Origin: a bacterium
GTDB lineage: Bacteria; UBA8248
Assembly (NCBI GenBank): GCA_965203325.1
Contig: OZ241875.1
Span: 4,128,001 to 4,192,000 of the forward strand
DNA length: 64,000 nt
Direction of reading: 5' to 3'
Shown: positions 32,642 to 45,225 of the stretch, in pieces
Position numbering within the stretch: the first letter of the stretch is position 1
Layout: each line of letters opens with the position of its first letter
Program-made: the position numbers and the translations under genes
The notes under the pieces: generated by a model
What the model was told of the DNA's origin: nothing
What the model saw: only the letters and a program-made list of their open reading frames with translations
Database searches by the model: none

Positions 32642-33283
32642 TCATGGGTTTTGAGAGAGATAAAATGAGAGATGTTCCAGCTCACTGCCCAAATCCACGT
32701 TTTTCACCTTCACATGGTGTGGCGTTTGAATTTGGGTGGGCGCGAAATTCAATATGCCGGTGATGCCGGCGTTCACGAGCGCTGTCCCTACGTTTTGCGC
32801 ATTTTCGCTCGGCACCGCGATGATGCCGATCTTGATCTGCTTCTCTTTCACGACCTCATGCAAATTCGACATCGGCAATACGGGAAGAGGACCGGTGCGG
32901 TGAGGGGGGATTTTTTCGGGGAATTTATCGAAGACGGCGTCGATTTCAAAGCCATGAGCCAGAAAACCTTTATACGCCAATAGAGCCGAACCGAGATTTC
33001 CCGCTCCGACGAGTACGACTTTCCATGTTTGGGTCACGCCCAGGATTTTTTTAAGATTGTCCCTCAATTCCTTGATGTAATAGCCCTTCCCGCGGACGCC
33101 GAATTCACCGAAATATGCGAGGTCTTTCCTGATTTGCGCTGGCTTGAAGCCACACAGTCGCGCCAGGTCGGCGGACGCGATGAGCTCGGTTCCCTCACTT
33201 TTTATCTGGTCCAAAATGCGGGCGTAGGTGGACAATCGGTTAACAGTCGCCTCGGGGATTTTTGTTTTCGTGTTTTCCCACAT
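32642..33283 (-). CDS. rex: Redox-sensing repressor Rex
   Basis: IPEATVNRL, QIRKDLAYFGEFG.RG.GY, GAGNLG, ILNFAP. Confidence 0.95.
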   Translation of the reverse strand: MWENTKTKIPEATVNRLSTYARILDQIKSEGTELIASADLARLCGFKPAQIRKDLAYFGEFGVRGKGYYIKELRDNLKKILGVTQTWKVVLVGAGNLGSALLAYKGFLAHGFEIDAVFDKFPEKIPPHRTGPLPVLPMSNLHEVVKEKQIKIGIIAVPSENAQNVGTALVNAGITGILNFAPTQIQTPHHVKVKNVDLGSELEHLSFYLSQNP

Positions 33284-33467
33284 GGATTTAACGCGCACCC
33301 GCCATTTAGAGGTCAAACATAAGTCTCGCAATCGAGAATAGATTTTATTCGTTTTGATGAGCAGGGCAAGTGGGGGTCAGGCGGCAACATAAACGGAAGT
33401 TATTTCAACTGTTTCGCAAAATGATTTCTTTCGAGTTCGCATTCCTATAATCGACATCGAGCAATGC

Positions 33468-33495
33468 AAAAAGGGGGCCGAACGGGCCCCCTCTT
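33468..33495 (-). terminator. Intrinsic terminator after atpE
   Basis: AGGGGGCC/GGCCCCCT stem followed by a T-run on the minus strand. Confidence 0.8.
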
Positions 33496-33519
33496 CGAGT
33501 CTTGCGAGCGCTGGTTTAT

Positions 33520-33840
33520 CTAGCCGAGGATGATGATGAGGCAGATAACGAACGTATAAATGACAAGGGACTCGATCAAGGCGAGACCGATGATCATCGA
33601 CACGCGAATATCTCCGCCGGCACCCGGGTTGCGCGCCGTACCGTCCAACGCGCTGGCGATGCTCCTGCTTTGGGCGAAAGCGCCGGCTGCGGCGGCGATG
33701 GCTAGAGCGAAAGATGAGGAGATCATTCTCCATTTCAGAACTTCACCGCTTCCGGCATCACCGGCTGCGGCGGCGAAGGCATTTGTGGCCATGGCTACGA
33801 AGCTGGCTAGCGTAAATCCGATTATCCCCAAACGTTTCAT
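33520..33840 (-). CDS. atpE: ATP synthase F0 subunit c with N-terminal extension
   Basis: ARNP loop; LALIESLVIY with ion-binding Glu. Confidence 0.95.
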   Translation of the reverse strand: MKRLGIIGFTLASFVAMATNAFAAAAGDAGSGEVLKWRMISSSFALAIAAAAGAFAQSRSIASALDGTARNPGAGGDIRVSMIIGLALIESLVIYTFVICLIIILG

Positions 33841-33885
33841 CCCTTACTTCTCCTTGTGAAGTGATTCCTACATGAACCGTTATTG

Positions 33886-34608
33886 TTAATGAGCGTGGGC
33901 GGCCTCATGGCCATGCTCTTCGTCGTGGTCGTGTCCTTCAAGCGACCCGGCGATATATATCATGGTCAAGAGGGTGAAAACAAAGGCTTGAATGAAACTT
34001 CCGAAAATTATAAACATCTGCATCGCCCATGGAACGGGCAGGAAAATCTGCAGGCACAGCAGCATCAAAACGCCGAGCACCAGTTCTTCGCCGGTGATGT
34101 TCCCGAAAAGGCGCAAAGAGAGTGAAAGGGGACGGCTGAGATGTGAGATGATCTCGATGGGGACCATAAGCGGAGCCAGCCACATGATAGGTCCCGTGAA
34201 ATGCTTGAGATACGCCATTCCACTTCTTTTGAATCCCACGTAATGCGTGGCGAAAAATACGGTGAGCGCGCAACCCACGTTGGTGTTCAGGTTGCTCGTC
34301 GGCGCCATGAAGCCGGGTAGTATTCCGATGACGTTGCACAGGAAAATGTAGGTTCCCAGCGTAAATACGAGGGGGAAGAAGGGTCGCCCCTCATTGCCGA
34401 GAGGGCCTTCCATGAAGGCGGAAAATCCGTCGAAAATCGCCTCGAAGAGGTTTTGTCCACCAACGGGTATCTTTTGCAGCGCTTTGGTGATGAGCAGCGA
34501 ACTCGCGATGAGGAACACCATCACCAGCCAGCTGTACACGATGTTCGGATAGGCGGACAGCCCCGGGAAGAGTTCCATGAGATATAGGTACGGGTGAAAT
34601 TTTTCCAT
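33886..34608 (-). CDS. atpB: ATP synthase F0 subunit a
   Basis: RPLSLSLRLFGNI, IQAFVFTLL; His-rich tail. Confidence 0.96.
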   Translation of the reverse strand: MEKFHPYLYLMELFPGLSAYPNIVYSWLVMVFLIASSLLITKALQKIPVGGQNLFEAIFDGFSAFMEGPLGNEGRPFFPLVFTLGTYIFLCNVIGILPGFMAPTSNLNTNVGCALTVFFATHYVGFKRSGMAYLKHFTGPIMWLAPLMVPIEIISHLSRPLSLSLRLFGNITGEELVLGVLMLLCLQIFLPVPWAMQMFIIFGSFIQAFVFTLLTMIYIAGSLEGHDHDEEHGHEAAHAH

Positions 34609-34611
34609 GTG

Positions 34612-35007
34612 CTATGCTCTTGTAGATCCTTGTATTCGCAGGGCGCTGCGAGCCCCATGAATGAAAATGGCCAACGGCGGAACGGTCAACCCTATCACCA
34701 CGCTCACGACGGGAAGCCGGAGCCAGCCTATCGCGAGCGCTACGACGCCTATGAAGGCGAAAAACCTCAAAATGTATAAAACGTGATGCCACCATTTCGG
34801 GCGGCTGATGTTTTTTTGAAAAAGGCGGGCGAAGTATACATCCATCATCCGAAAACTTCCAAGCGCGCACGCTCCGCCAATCGCCACGCCGGCGCCCGTC
34901 GAAACGTCTCTCAGAATCACGCCCGCGGCGCTCATGACCATGAGAATCAGCCAGCCGGAATTCGAGATGCTTCTGAGGATGAATGACGGCGGGTCTTGGT
35001 TTCGCAT
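34612..35007 (-). CDS. atpI: ATP synthase protein I
   Basis: Four-TM small protein directly upstream of atpB. Confidence 0.75.
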   Translation of the reverse strand: MRNQDPPSFILRSISNSGWLILMVMSAAGVILRDVSTGAGVAIGGACALGSFRMMDVYFARLFQKNISRPKWWHHVLYILRFFAFIGVVALAIGWLRLPVVSVVIGLTVPPLAIFIHGARSALRIQGSTRA

Positions 35008-38064
<3,057 letters not shown>

Positions 38065-38095
38065 GGAACGGGAATCGGGTATGTTCCGCTGAAAC

Positions 38096-38122
38096 CCGGG
38101 CCGCGCTTTTGGCGCGGCCCGG
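38096..38122. terminator. GC-rich hairpin downstream of katG
   Basis: CCGGGCCGCGC-TTTTG-GCGCGGCCCGG, 11-bp stem, no U tract. Confidence 0.45.
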
Positions 38123-38168
38123 AGTCGCACCTTGCCAAATCCACTAGCGGACGGCGCCGTTTGAGAGT

Positions 38169-38298
38169 GTAGGGGCCGCATATATGCGGCCCGGCCTTTC
38201 CGCAGCCAAACGGGTCGCATGTATGCGACCCCTACATCCCGAATACGAAATCATCGAAAACGGCGATCGATAGGGCGGACACATCGGTCCGCCCCTGC
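38169..38298. repeat. GTAG-type REP doublet plus a single REP
   Basis: GTAGGGGCCGCATATATGCGGCCC (38169-38192) inverted with GGGTCGCATGTATGCGACCCCTAC (38212-38235); related unit 38273-38298. Confidence 0.85.
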
Positions 38299-38364
38299 AC
38301 ACACCTCATGTTTCGAAACGCTCCCCACGGAATGATGTGGTTCTCACCCTAACGCAAATGCGCC

Positions 38365-39645
38365 TCATCCCGCGGGTTGAACGACGGGGTGCGCCACGTC
38401 CTCTTTTCTGATCGGTTTTATTCTCGAAGGGTAGGCGAGGACGAACAGCAGCGAGGCGACGCCGGTCAGGAAACTGAGCAGGATGGAGAGCGTGTAGTCG
38501 CCCGTCATGTCGTGCAGCAGCCCGCCCAGGAATCCGCCCGTGGCCATGCCCGAACTCGCGCCTGAAATGAAGGCCCCGTACAGAATGCCCACTCTCCTGG
38601 TGCCGTAATATTCGCGGGTGACCATCGGGTACATCGTCCCGTGTCCTCCCATGCCGGTGCCGACCATGAGGGCGACGGCGTAAAACACATAAATGGAATC
38701 GGACCACCAGAGCAGGGGAACGGGTATCGTCTGCGTCAACAGCGTGGTGAACAGCGCCCATTTCGACCCGATGCGGTCCGCCAGAACGCCCAGACTGATT
38801 CGGCCGATGAGCGTCCCCAGGCCCATGACGCCCACGAGGCCCGCCGCCTGTATGTGGGGAATACCCGCCTCGATCGCGATGGGCACCAGGTGAACGATGA
38901 GCACCGAGTGGCATATGCAGTCGGTGGCGTGGCTCGAAATGATCATCCAGAACGGCCTGCGCTTGAGAATTTCCCGCATCCCCAGGGAGGCTTCGGGAAG
39001 AATCGGGGCGGTATCTTCCTGTCTGGCGGGGGAACCAGCGGACTCGCCGCCGTTAGCCTGTGGCCTTTTTTGCGGTACGAGAGACATGGCCGCGGGTATG
39101 GCGAGGACGAAGAAAATGATGCTCAGGTACAGGTAGGAGTTTCTCCATCCGTGGTTGCTGATGAAATAACCGGTGAGGGGTGCCAGGATCAGGATGCCGA
39201 GACCGGTGCCCGAGCCGGCCAGCCCGGTCGCCAGCCCCCGGTGCCTGGTCAGGTTGCGCTGGATGAAGGCCTGCACGGGCGTTGCGATGGCGGCGCGTCC
39301 CGTGCCCGCCATCACACCGGTGAACAGGAAGTAGTGCCACAGGTTCTGGATGAAAAAGGAAAGGAGCAGCGAACCGCCGGAGATCAGGATCCCGACGATC
39401 AGCACGGGCCTCGTGCCGAATTTGTCGGAAAAACCGCCCGCGATCATCGAGCAGAACGCGATCATGAACATGTTGATGGAAAACGCCGCCGAGGCCGTCG
39501 AGCGGGTCCAGTCGAATTCATCCACCAGGGGGTTCAGGAATACGCCGAAAAGAAAATTCAGGCCCGAGAAGAGCCCCAGGAGAACGAAAGCGGAGACGAT
39601 GAAAATCCAGTGTCTGGGTGAGAAGAGACGATGTAGTCGTTCCAA
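38365..39645 (-). CDS. MFS transporter (OFA/monocarboxylate-like)
   Basis: About 12 TM segments; GGFSDKFGTR and GVLADRIG motif A copies. Confidence 0.92.
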   Translation of the reverse strand: MERLHRLFSPRHWIFIVSAFVLLGLFSGLNFLFGVFLNPLVDEFDWTRSTASAAFSINMFMIAFCSMIAGGFSDKFGTRPVLIVGILISGGSLLLSFFIQNLWHYFLFTGVMAGTGRAAIATPVQAFIQRNLTRHRGLATGLAGSGTGLGILILAPLTGYFISNHGWRNSYLYLSIIFFVLAIPAAMSLVPQKRPQANGGESAGSPARQEDTAPILPEASLGMREILKRRPFWMIISSHATDCICHSVLIVHLVPIAIEAGIPHIQAAGLVGVMGLGTLIGRISLGVLADRIGSKWALFTTLLTQTIPVPLLWWSDSIYVFYAVALMVGTGMGGHGTMYPMVTREYYGTRRVGILYGAFISGASSGMATGGFLGGLLHDMTGDYTLSILLSFLTGVASLLFVLAYPSRIKPIRKEDVAHPVVQPAG

Positions 39646-39860
39646 ATGCGTTTTCCCAAAAACGGCCGTAAGGTTTGATAAAGGGCTGCGTAGAAGCCAT
39701 CCTAGAAGATGCAGCGCACGCCCGCAAGCGGGATGGGCGGTCCTCCTTGTTTTCCATGTCCCCCGGTTGCCCTTTATGCCCCCTATCGTGTAAGCAGTTC
39801 TCTTTGCGCCCCTTGGGATCAGGTTTCAGGGTGCTGCATGGTGCGAAAGAAAAAGGCGCG

Positions 39861-41276
39861 ATGATGGCGAAGCGAGTTGCGAAGTCTCCGAAGACGAAGT
39901 CCATGAAACCCTGGGGCGGCAGGTTCCGGGGCGGGACGGATGCGCGCGTAGAGGCTTTCACCGAGAGCGTCTCGTTCGATTATCGCCTGGCGCCCTACGA
40001 TGTCCTCGCGTCCATCGCCCACGCGGAGATGCTCGGAGCGCAGGGAATTATTGCGAAAAAAGACGCCCGCGCCGTCGTCAGGGGCCTTAAGGCCATCTTG
40101 AGAGAGGTGGAGTCCGGTAAATTCGAGTTCCGGGCCGAACTCGAAGACGTGCACATGAACGTCGAGGCGGCGCTCACGGAGCGAATCGGCGCCGCCGGCG
40201 GCAGGCTGCATACCGCGCGGAGCCGGAACGATCAGGTGGCCACTTCGCTCAGGCTGTGGCTCAGAGACCGGGTCGACGAGACGCAGGAAGCGCTTCTCGC
40301 GCTCAGGCGCGCCCTGCTCGCGCAGGCGGAGGCGCACGACAATACCGTGATGCCCGGCTACACGCACTTACAGCGCGCACAGCCCGTATCGCTCGCGCAT
40401 CATCTGCTCGCGTATTCCCAGATGCTCAGGCGCGACGGGGAGCGGTTCGCGGAAGTGCGCGCACGGGTGAACGTATTGCCGCTGGGTGCGGGCGCGCTGG
40501 CGGGGACGAGCCATCCCATCGACAGGAAAATGGTGGCGAAAAAGCTCGGGTTCGCCTCGATTGCGGAGAACAGCATGGACGCGGTGAGCGACAGGGATTT
40601 CGCGCTGGAATTCGCATCCGCCGCCGCCATCGCGATGATGCATTTAAGCCGCCTGGGGGAGGAGATCATCCTCTGGGCGAGCGGGGAGTTCGGTTTCGTC
40701 GAGCTTGCGGATTCGTTCGCGACGGGAAGCTCTCTGATGCCGCAGAAGAAAAACCCCGACGTGGCCGAGATCGTCCGGGGCAAGAGCGGGCGCGTTTTCG
40801 GGGATTTGATGGCCCTGCTCACCTTGATGAAGGGGCTTCCGCTCACCTATAACCGGGACTTGCAGGAGGACAAGGAATCGGTGTTCGACGCCGCCGATAC
40901 CCTGCTGGCCTCTTTGGGGGTCATGGCGCCCATGGTCGGATCCATGCGGTTCAGGCCCGAGGCGATGGCCAAAGCCGCAGAGGGCGGGTACATGACGGCG
41001 ACGGACCTGGCGGACGTCATGGTGCGGCGGGGGGTTCCCTTCAGAGAGGCGCACGAGGCGGCGGGGCGCGCCGTGAGAATCGCCCTCGAGAAGGGAGTGG
41101 CCCTCGGCGAATTGAGCGCCGGGGACTTGAAGGAAGCTGACACCAGGCTCGAAGCGGGTGATCTGGCGGAAACGGATTTGGGGAAATCACTGCGCTCGAG
41201 GAGCAGCGCGGGCGGAACTTCCAAGAGAAGTGTGCGGGCCCAGATTCGGGCCGAGAAAAAACGGTTGGGAATATAG
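39861..41276 (+). CDS. argH: Argininosuccinate lyase
   Basis: WGGRF, EDVHM, HTARSRNDQ, GSSLMPQKKNPD, YNRDLQEDK. Confidence 0.98.
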   Translation: MMAKRVAKSPKTKSMKPWGGRFRGGTDARVEAFTESVSFDYRLAPYDVLASIAHAEMLGAQGIIAKKDARAVVRGLKAILREVESGKFEFRAELEDVHMNVEAALTERIGAAGGRLHTARSRNDQVATSLRLWLRDRVDETQEALLALRRALLAQAEAHDNTVMPGYTHLQRAQPVSLAHHLLAYSQMLRRDGERFAEVRARVNVLPLGAGALAGTSHPIDRKMVAKKLGFASIAENSMDAVSDRDFALEFASAAAIAMMHLSRLGEEIILWASGEFGFVELADSFATGSSLMPQKKNPDVAEIVRGKSGRVFGDLMALLTLMKGLPLTYNRDLQEDKESVFDAADTLLASLGVMAPMVGSMRFRPEAMAKAAEGGYMTATDLADVMVRRGVPFREAHEAAGRAVRIALEKGVALGELSAGDLKEADTRLEAGDLAETDLGKSLRSRSSAGGTSKRSVRAQIRAEKKRLGI

Positions 41277-41277
41277 G

Positions 41278-41397
41278 ATGATGAAGAGAACTATACTGGC
41301 GGGCGTCCTGATGGTCGCGATTGCCTCCATGGCTGCGGGTTGCGGCGTCAAGGGACCGCCGAAACCTCCCAAGAGTCCGGTCGCTAAGAGTTTATAA
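41278..41397 (+). CDS. Small LptM/YifL-like lipoprotein
   Basis: Signal peptide + AAGC-GVKGP; conserved position before lysA. Confidence 0.75.
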   Translation: MMKRTILAGVLMVAIASMAAGCGVKGPPKPPKSPVAKSL

Positions 41398-41437
41398 GAA
41401 CTCAGGCTCAGCGGGACTCGGAAAGAGAGCTTTCAGA

Positions 41438-42715
41438 ATGCACCATTTCGAGTACAAAGACGGCGAGTTGTGCGCCGAAGACGTATCCTTGACGCGGCTG
41501 GCGGAGGAGGTGGGAACGCCTTTTTACGTCTACAGCCACGAGACGCTGACGAGGCATTTCCGCGTTTTCAGCGAGGCGTTCGCATCCGTCCCGCACCTCA
41601 TCTGCTTCGCCATGAAGAGCAACTCGAACCTGGCGATTCTCCGTCTTTTCGGCGCGATGGGCGGTGGGCTGGACATCGTTTCGGGCGGCGAGTTGTTCCG
41701 CGCGGCCAAGGCCGGGATGCCGTACGATCGCATCGTGTTCGCGGGCGTCGGCAAGTCGGACGATGAGATCGCCTATGCGCTCGATAAGGGCGTGTTGCTC
41801 TTCAACGTGGAAAGCGAAGAGGAGTTGGTGAACATCGGCGCGGTGGCGAGCCGGGTGGGCAAACAGGCGCAGGTCGCGATCCGGGTGAACCCCGACGTCG
41901 ACCCCCAGACGCACCCCTATATCACCACCGGCCTCAAGAAGAGCAAGTTCGGCATCGACATCAACCGGGCGCGGGAGCAGTACCGGACGGCGTCGAATCT
42001 CGAGGGCGTCGAACCCACGGGTGTGCACTGCCATATCGGGAGCCAGATCACTTCGAGCAGCCCGTTCGCCGATTCGGTGGAAATCGTGGCGCGCCTGGTG
42101 GGCGAGTTGCGCGGTGACGGGCACGACATTCGGTATCTGAACCTGGGCGGCGGCCTCGGCATCACCTATCACGATGAGGCGCCGCCGCTGCCGAAAGACT
42201 ATGCGGCGGCCATTTTGCCGAAGCTCCGGGATCTGGGATGCACGCTCATTTTCGAGCCGGGCCGCGTCATCACGGGCAACGCGGGGATCCTCGTCACGCG
42301 CGTGCTGTACGGGAAGGAAAATCCCGAAAAACGCTTCGTGATCATCGACGCCGGCATGAACGATCTCATCCGCCCTAGCCTCTACCAGGCCTTTCAGGAC
42401 GTGTGGCCGGTGGAGGAGGCGGCGCGGGAGAGGCCGAGGCATGTTACGGACTTGGTGGGCCCGGTATGCGAGAGCGGGGACTATCTGGCCAAGGACCGCG
42501 ATTTGCCCGAGCTTTACCGCGACGATCTGGTGGCCGTCATGAGTTCGGGCGCGTACGGCTTCACCATGGCGTCGAACTACAACTCGCGCCCCAGACCCCC
42601 TGAGATTCTTGTGCGCGGGGAGGAGTATCATATAATCAGGGAGCGCGAGACGTATGACGACCTCGTTCGCGGCGAGCACATTCCGGGGTTTATCGAAGAG
42701 AGGCGGATTCCGTGA
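41438..42715 (+). CDS. lysA: Diaminopimelate decarboxylase
   Basis: FAMKSN, HCHIGSQ, EPGR, GPVCESGD, GAYG..MASNYNSRP. Confidence 0.97.
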   Translation: MHHFEYKDGELCAEDVSLTRLAEEVGTPFYVYSHETLTRHFRVFSEAFASVPHLICFAMKSNSNLAILRLFGAMGGGLDIVSGGELFRAAKAGMPYDRIVFAGVGKSDDEIAYALDKGVLLFNVESEEELVNIGAVASRVGKQAQVAIRVNPDVDPQTHPYITTGLKKSKFGIDINRAREQYRTASNLEGVEPTGVHCHIGSQITSSSPFADSVEIVARLVGELRGDGHDIRYLNLGGGLGITYHDEAPPLPKDYAAAILPKLRDLGCTLIFEPGRVITGNAGILVTRVLYGKENPEKRFVIIDAGMNDLIRPSLYQAFQDVWPVEEAARERPRHVTDLVGPVCESGDYLAKDRDLPELYRDDLVAVMSSGAYGFTMASNYNSRPRPPEILVRGEEYHIIRERETYDDLVRGEHIPGFIEERRIP

Positions 42716-43536
42716 GCAAAATCGCATTCACCAAGTTCAGCGGAAGCGGCAACGACTTCATATTCATCGACAACAGGAACCTGGAGCACCGGGCCGACGA
42801 GATGATCGATTTCGTCCAGCGGGTTTGCCGCAGAGGCCAGTCCGTCGGCGCGGACGGGCTGATGTTCATCGAACCGAGCGAGCGGGCCGATTTCAAGTGG
42901 CGGTTCTTCAACGCCGACGGCTCTGAGGGCGAGATGTGCGGGAACGGCGGGCGCTGCGCCGCGCGCTTTGCGAGAGAACTGGGAATCGCCGCGGATGCGG
43001 TGTCGTTCGAGACCATCGCGGGTGTCATCGACGCGACGATGAACGGCTCATCTGTGAAGCTGCGGATGACCCAGCCCTTTGATTACCGCGCGGGTATTGA
43101 ACTCGATATCAACGGAAGGAGAGTGGTGGTCGATCACATGAATACCGGCGTCCCCCACGCGGTGGAATTCACCGACGACGTGGAGACGGTCGATATCGTG
43201 GGCGACGGCCGGGCGATCCGGACGCACGACGCCTTTGCGCCTGCGGGCGCGAACGCGAATTTCGCCCGGGTGAGCGGGGAGAATTCGGTCGTCTTGAGAA
43301 CCTACGAACGGGGCGTGGAGAACGAGACCTTGGCCTGCGGCACGGGCGCGGTGGCGACGGCGATACTCGCCGCTGCGCGCGGGTTCGTATCCTCTCCCGT
43401 GGACGTGAACGTGCGCAGCGGTGAAATACTCAAAATCTATTTCGAGGGCGCAGGCGCCGATGTGCGCGACGTCTACATGGAAGGGGAGACCAGGCTCGTC
43501 TACCAGGGAGAGATGACGGAAGAGGCATTGCTCTGA
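42712..43536 (+). CDS. dapF: Diaminopimelate epimerase
   Basis: GNDF, NADGS..EMCGNG, ERGV..ETLACGTG. Confidence 0.97.
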   Translation: MSKIAFTKFSGSGNDFIFIDNRNLEHRADEMIDFVQRVCRRGQSVGADGLMFIEPSERADFKWRFFNADGSEGEMCGNGGRCAARFARELGIAADAVSFETIAGVIDATMNGSSVKLRMTQPFDYRAGIELDINGRRVVVDHMNTGVPHAVEFTDDVETVDIVGDGRAIRTHDAFAPAGANANFARVSGENSVVLRTYERGVENETLACGTGAVATAILAAARGFVSSPVDVNVRSGEILKIYFEGAGADVRDVYMEGETRLVYQGEMTEEALL

Positions 43537-43600
43537 AGAGGGTGTGGGAAAGGCCCACATTTCAGGGGTAGAGGAGAAGCCCCTCTCGGATAGAAAAGCA

Positions 43601-43710
43601 ACCCCCCCTACCCCCCCTTGTCAGGGGGGTATAAAAAGGTGATGCGCTCCCGCCGGGCTGAGGGGGTTTTGCTTTTTCTTGCCCCCCTGACAAGGGGGGG
43701 TAGGGGGGGT
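43601..43710. repeat. Perfect 29-bp G/C-tract inverted repeat (REP-like)
   Basis: ACCCCCCCTACCCCCCCTTGTCAGGGGGG (43601-43629) and its exact reverse complement (43682-43710). Confidence 0.9.
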
Positions 43711-43733
43711 GCCTCTTTGAATCGGAGGCTGCG

Positions 43734-43892
43734 TTATCCTTCTCCCCCGAATGGGACCGCGCTCAGGAAATCATCCCGCCAGAGTGCTCTCAGGAGAACG
43801 CACACCATTCCCGATGCGATGAGGATGGCGCCTATAAGGGTGAAATCGAGTAAATCGTAACCGGCGTAAATCTCATACATCAAAATCCACAT
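43734..43892 (-). CDS. Unannotated 52-aa single-pass membrane protein
   Basis: GGAG-N5-ATG; MWILMYEIYAGYDLLDFTLIGAILIASGMVCVLLRALWRDDFLSAVPFGGEG. Confidence 0.5.
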   Translation of the reverse strand: MWILMYEIYAGYDLLDFTLIGAILIASGMVCVLLRALWRDDFLSAVPFGGEG

Positions 43893-43920
43893 GGCGGCTC
43901 CAAGCGATGGGCCCGGAGAC

Positions 43921-43950
43921 CCGGGGCATGGTTTTCACGCCATGCCCCGG
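43921..43950. terminator. Hairpin downstream of Spy/CpxP-like gene
   Basis: CCGGGGCATGG-N8-CCATGCCCCGG 11-bp stem. Confidence 0.5.
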
Positions 43951-43963
43951 GGCGTCGGGATGT

Positions 43964-44587
43964 CTAGTAAGTCTGGGGTTGGTTCCCGGAAGCCGGGCCC
44001 TTGAACATCTGTTCATGGAATTTGGGACCCCGGCCGTGACGCTTCCGAGACCGGGCGATTTTCGAGAGCTGCTTCTGCTGGTCGTCGTTCAGGACGGCTT
44101 TCCCCTCCTGAATCGCCTTGAGGCGCGCAATCCGCAAGTCCACCCGCATTTTCGATATCTCGCGTATTTTCTTCTCCACGTCGGCGAGGTCGAGTTTCTC
44201 CGCGTCGAGCGCGCGCCTGAGGTCGATTCCGCGGGCCTTCATATCGGCGCGTTCTTTCACCGCCTTCTTGGAAAACGTGTCCCGGATGTCCTTGAGGCGC
44301 TTCACCTGGTCGTCGGTGAGCTTGAGCTCTTCGTGGTTCCTGAGCGCAATGGAAACCAGCGGACGCGCCGAGAAAGGCCTCGGGCCACGCATTCCGCGGC
44401 GTCCCCGGTGGCCGGGCCAGCCGAGATGCGCTTCTTTCATCATCTTTTCGAGGATTTGCGGCATTTCGATGACTTGCGGCAATGAATGCGGGCCGTGCGG
44501 GCCCCCCTGGGCCTGGGCCGCGCCGGCGAGACCGAGGCTCAGTGCGGCGGCCAGGACGGCTGTGGTAAGGCATTTTTGACGTTTCAT
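43964..44587 (-). CDS. Spy/CpxP-family periplasmic chaperone-like protein
   Basis: Signal peptide; LTDDQ and LNDDQ (LTxxQ-like) motifs; helical and charged. Confidence 0.8.
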   Translation of the reverse strand: MKRQKCLTTAVLAAALSLGLAGAAQAQGGPHGPHSLPQVIEMPQILEKMMKEAHLGWPGHRGRRGMRGPRPFSARPLVSIALRNHEELKLTDDQVKRLKDIRDTFSKKAVKERADMKARGIDLRRALDAEKLDLADVEKKIREISKMRVDLRIARLKAIQEGKAVLNDDQQKQLSKIARSRKRHGRGPKFHEQMFKGPASGNQPQTY

Positions 44588-44650
44588 AATCAAATTCCTC
44601 CGGTGTGGCGTTCGTTCTTCCATTTGCGGCGGCGCTGCTTCTACTGCGTC

Positions 44651-45211
44651 TTACTGCTTCTTCGACTGACCGGCCGGGTCGTCTTTGTGTTGCTTTCTGT
44701 ACTTCCGCCATCTCCTTTTGCGTCTTTCCTCGAATTTTTTCACCATGTCGTCGAAAGACGTTTTTTGCTCATCGTCCAGGAAAGAGCGCACGTCTCTGCG
44801 AATTTCCTGCATGATGGAACTGATCTGCGGTCTCATACTGCGTCTGATGTCGCGTATCCGCGCATAGTGGCGCTCAAGCGCGCGATCCACGTTTTCACGC
44901 TGCGCGGGGTTCAGGTTCAAATCCCGCTCCAGCCGGCGCATGAAGCGTTTCTCGCCTCTTGAGCGGCGTCTCTCGCTTTTGGCGCGTTTGGAGTGGGCGG
45001 AACGAACCCTGCGCACCGAACGTTCCGCGGCTTCGGCGCGACGGGAACGGCTTTCGCGCGCTGCGGCTGCGCGTAGTTGCTCGTCCTTGTGGAACTTGTA
45101 TTCCGCATACTTGTGTCCGCCGACGTAGCCGGTGCCCGCTCCTGCTGCGAACACCACCAGCAGCACGGCTGAGGCCTTCATGAATTCTTTTGTGAACCAG
45201 GTTTTCATCAT
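44651..45211 (-). CDS. Membrane-anchored periplasmic helical protein (LTxxQ-like)
   Basis: FAAGAGTG anchor; LNLNPAQ and LDDEQ motifs. Confidence 0.7.
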   Translation of the reverse strand: MMKTWFTKEFMKASAVLLVVFAAGAGTGYVGGHKYAEYKFHKDEQLRAAAARESRSRRAEAAERSVRRVRSAHSKRAKSERRRSRGEKRFMRRLERDLNLNPAQRENVDRALERHYARIRDIRRSMRPQISSIMQEIRRDVRSFLDDEQKTSFDDMVKKFEERRKRRWRKYRKQHKDDPAGQSKKQ

Positions 45212-45225
45212 CTCTGTCTCACACC

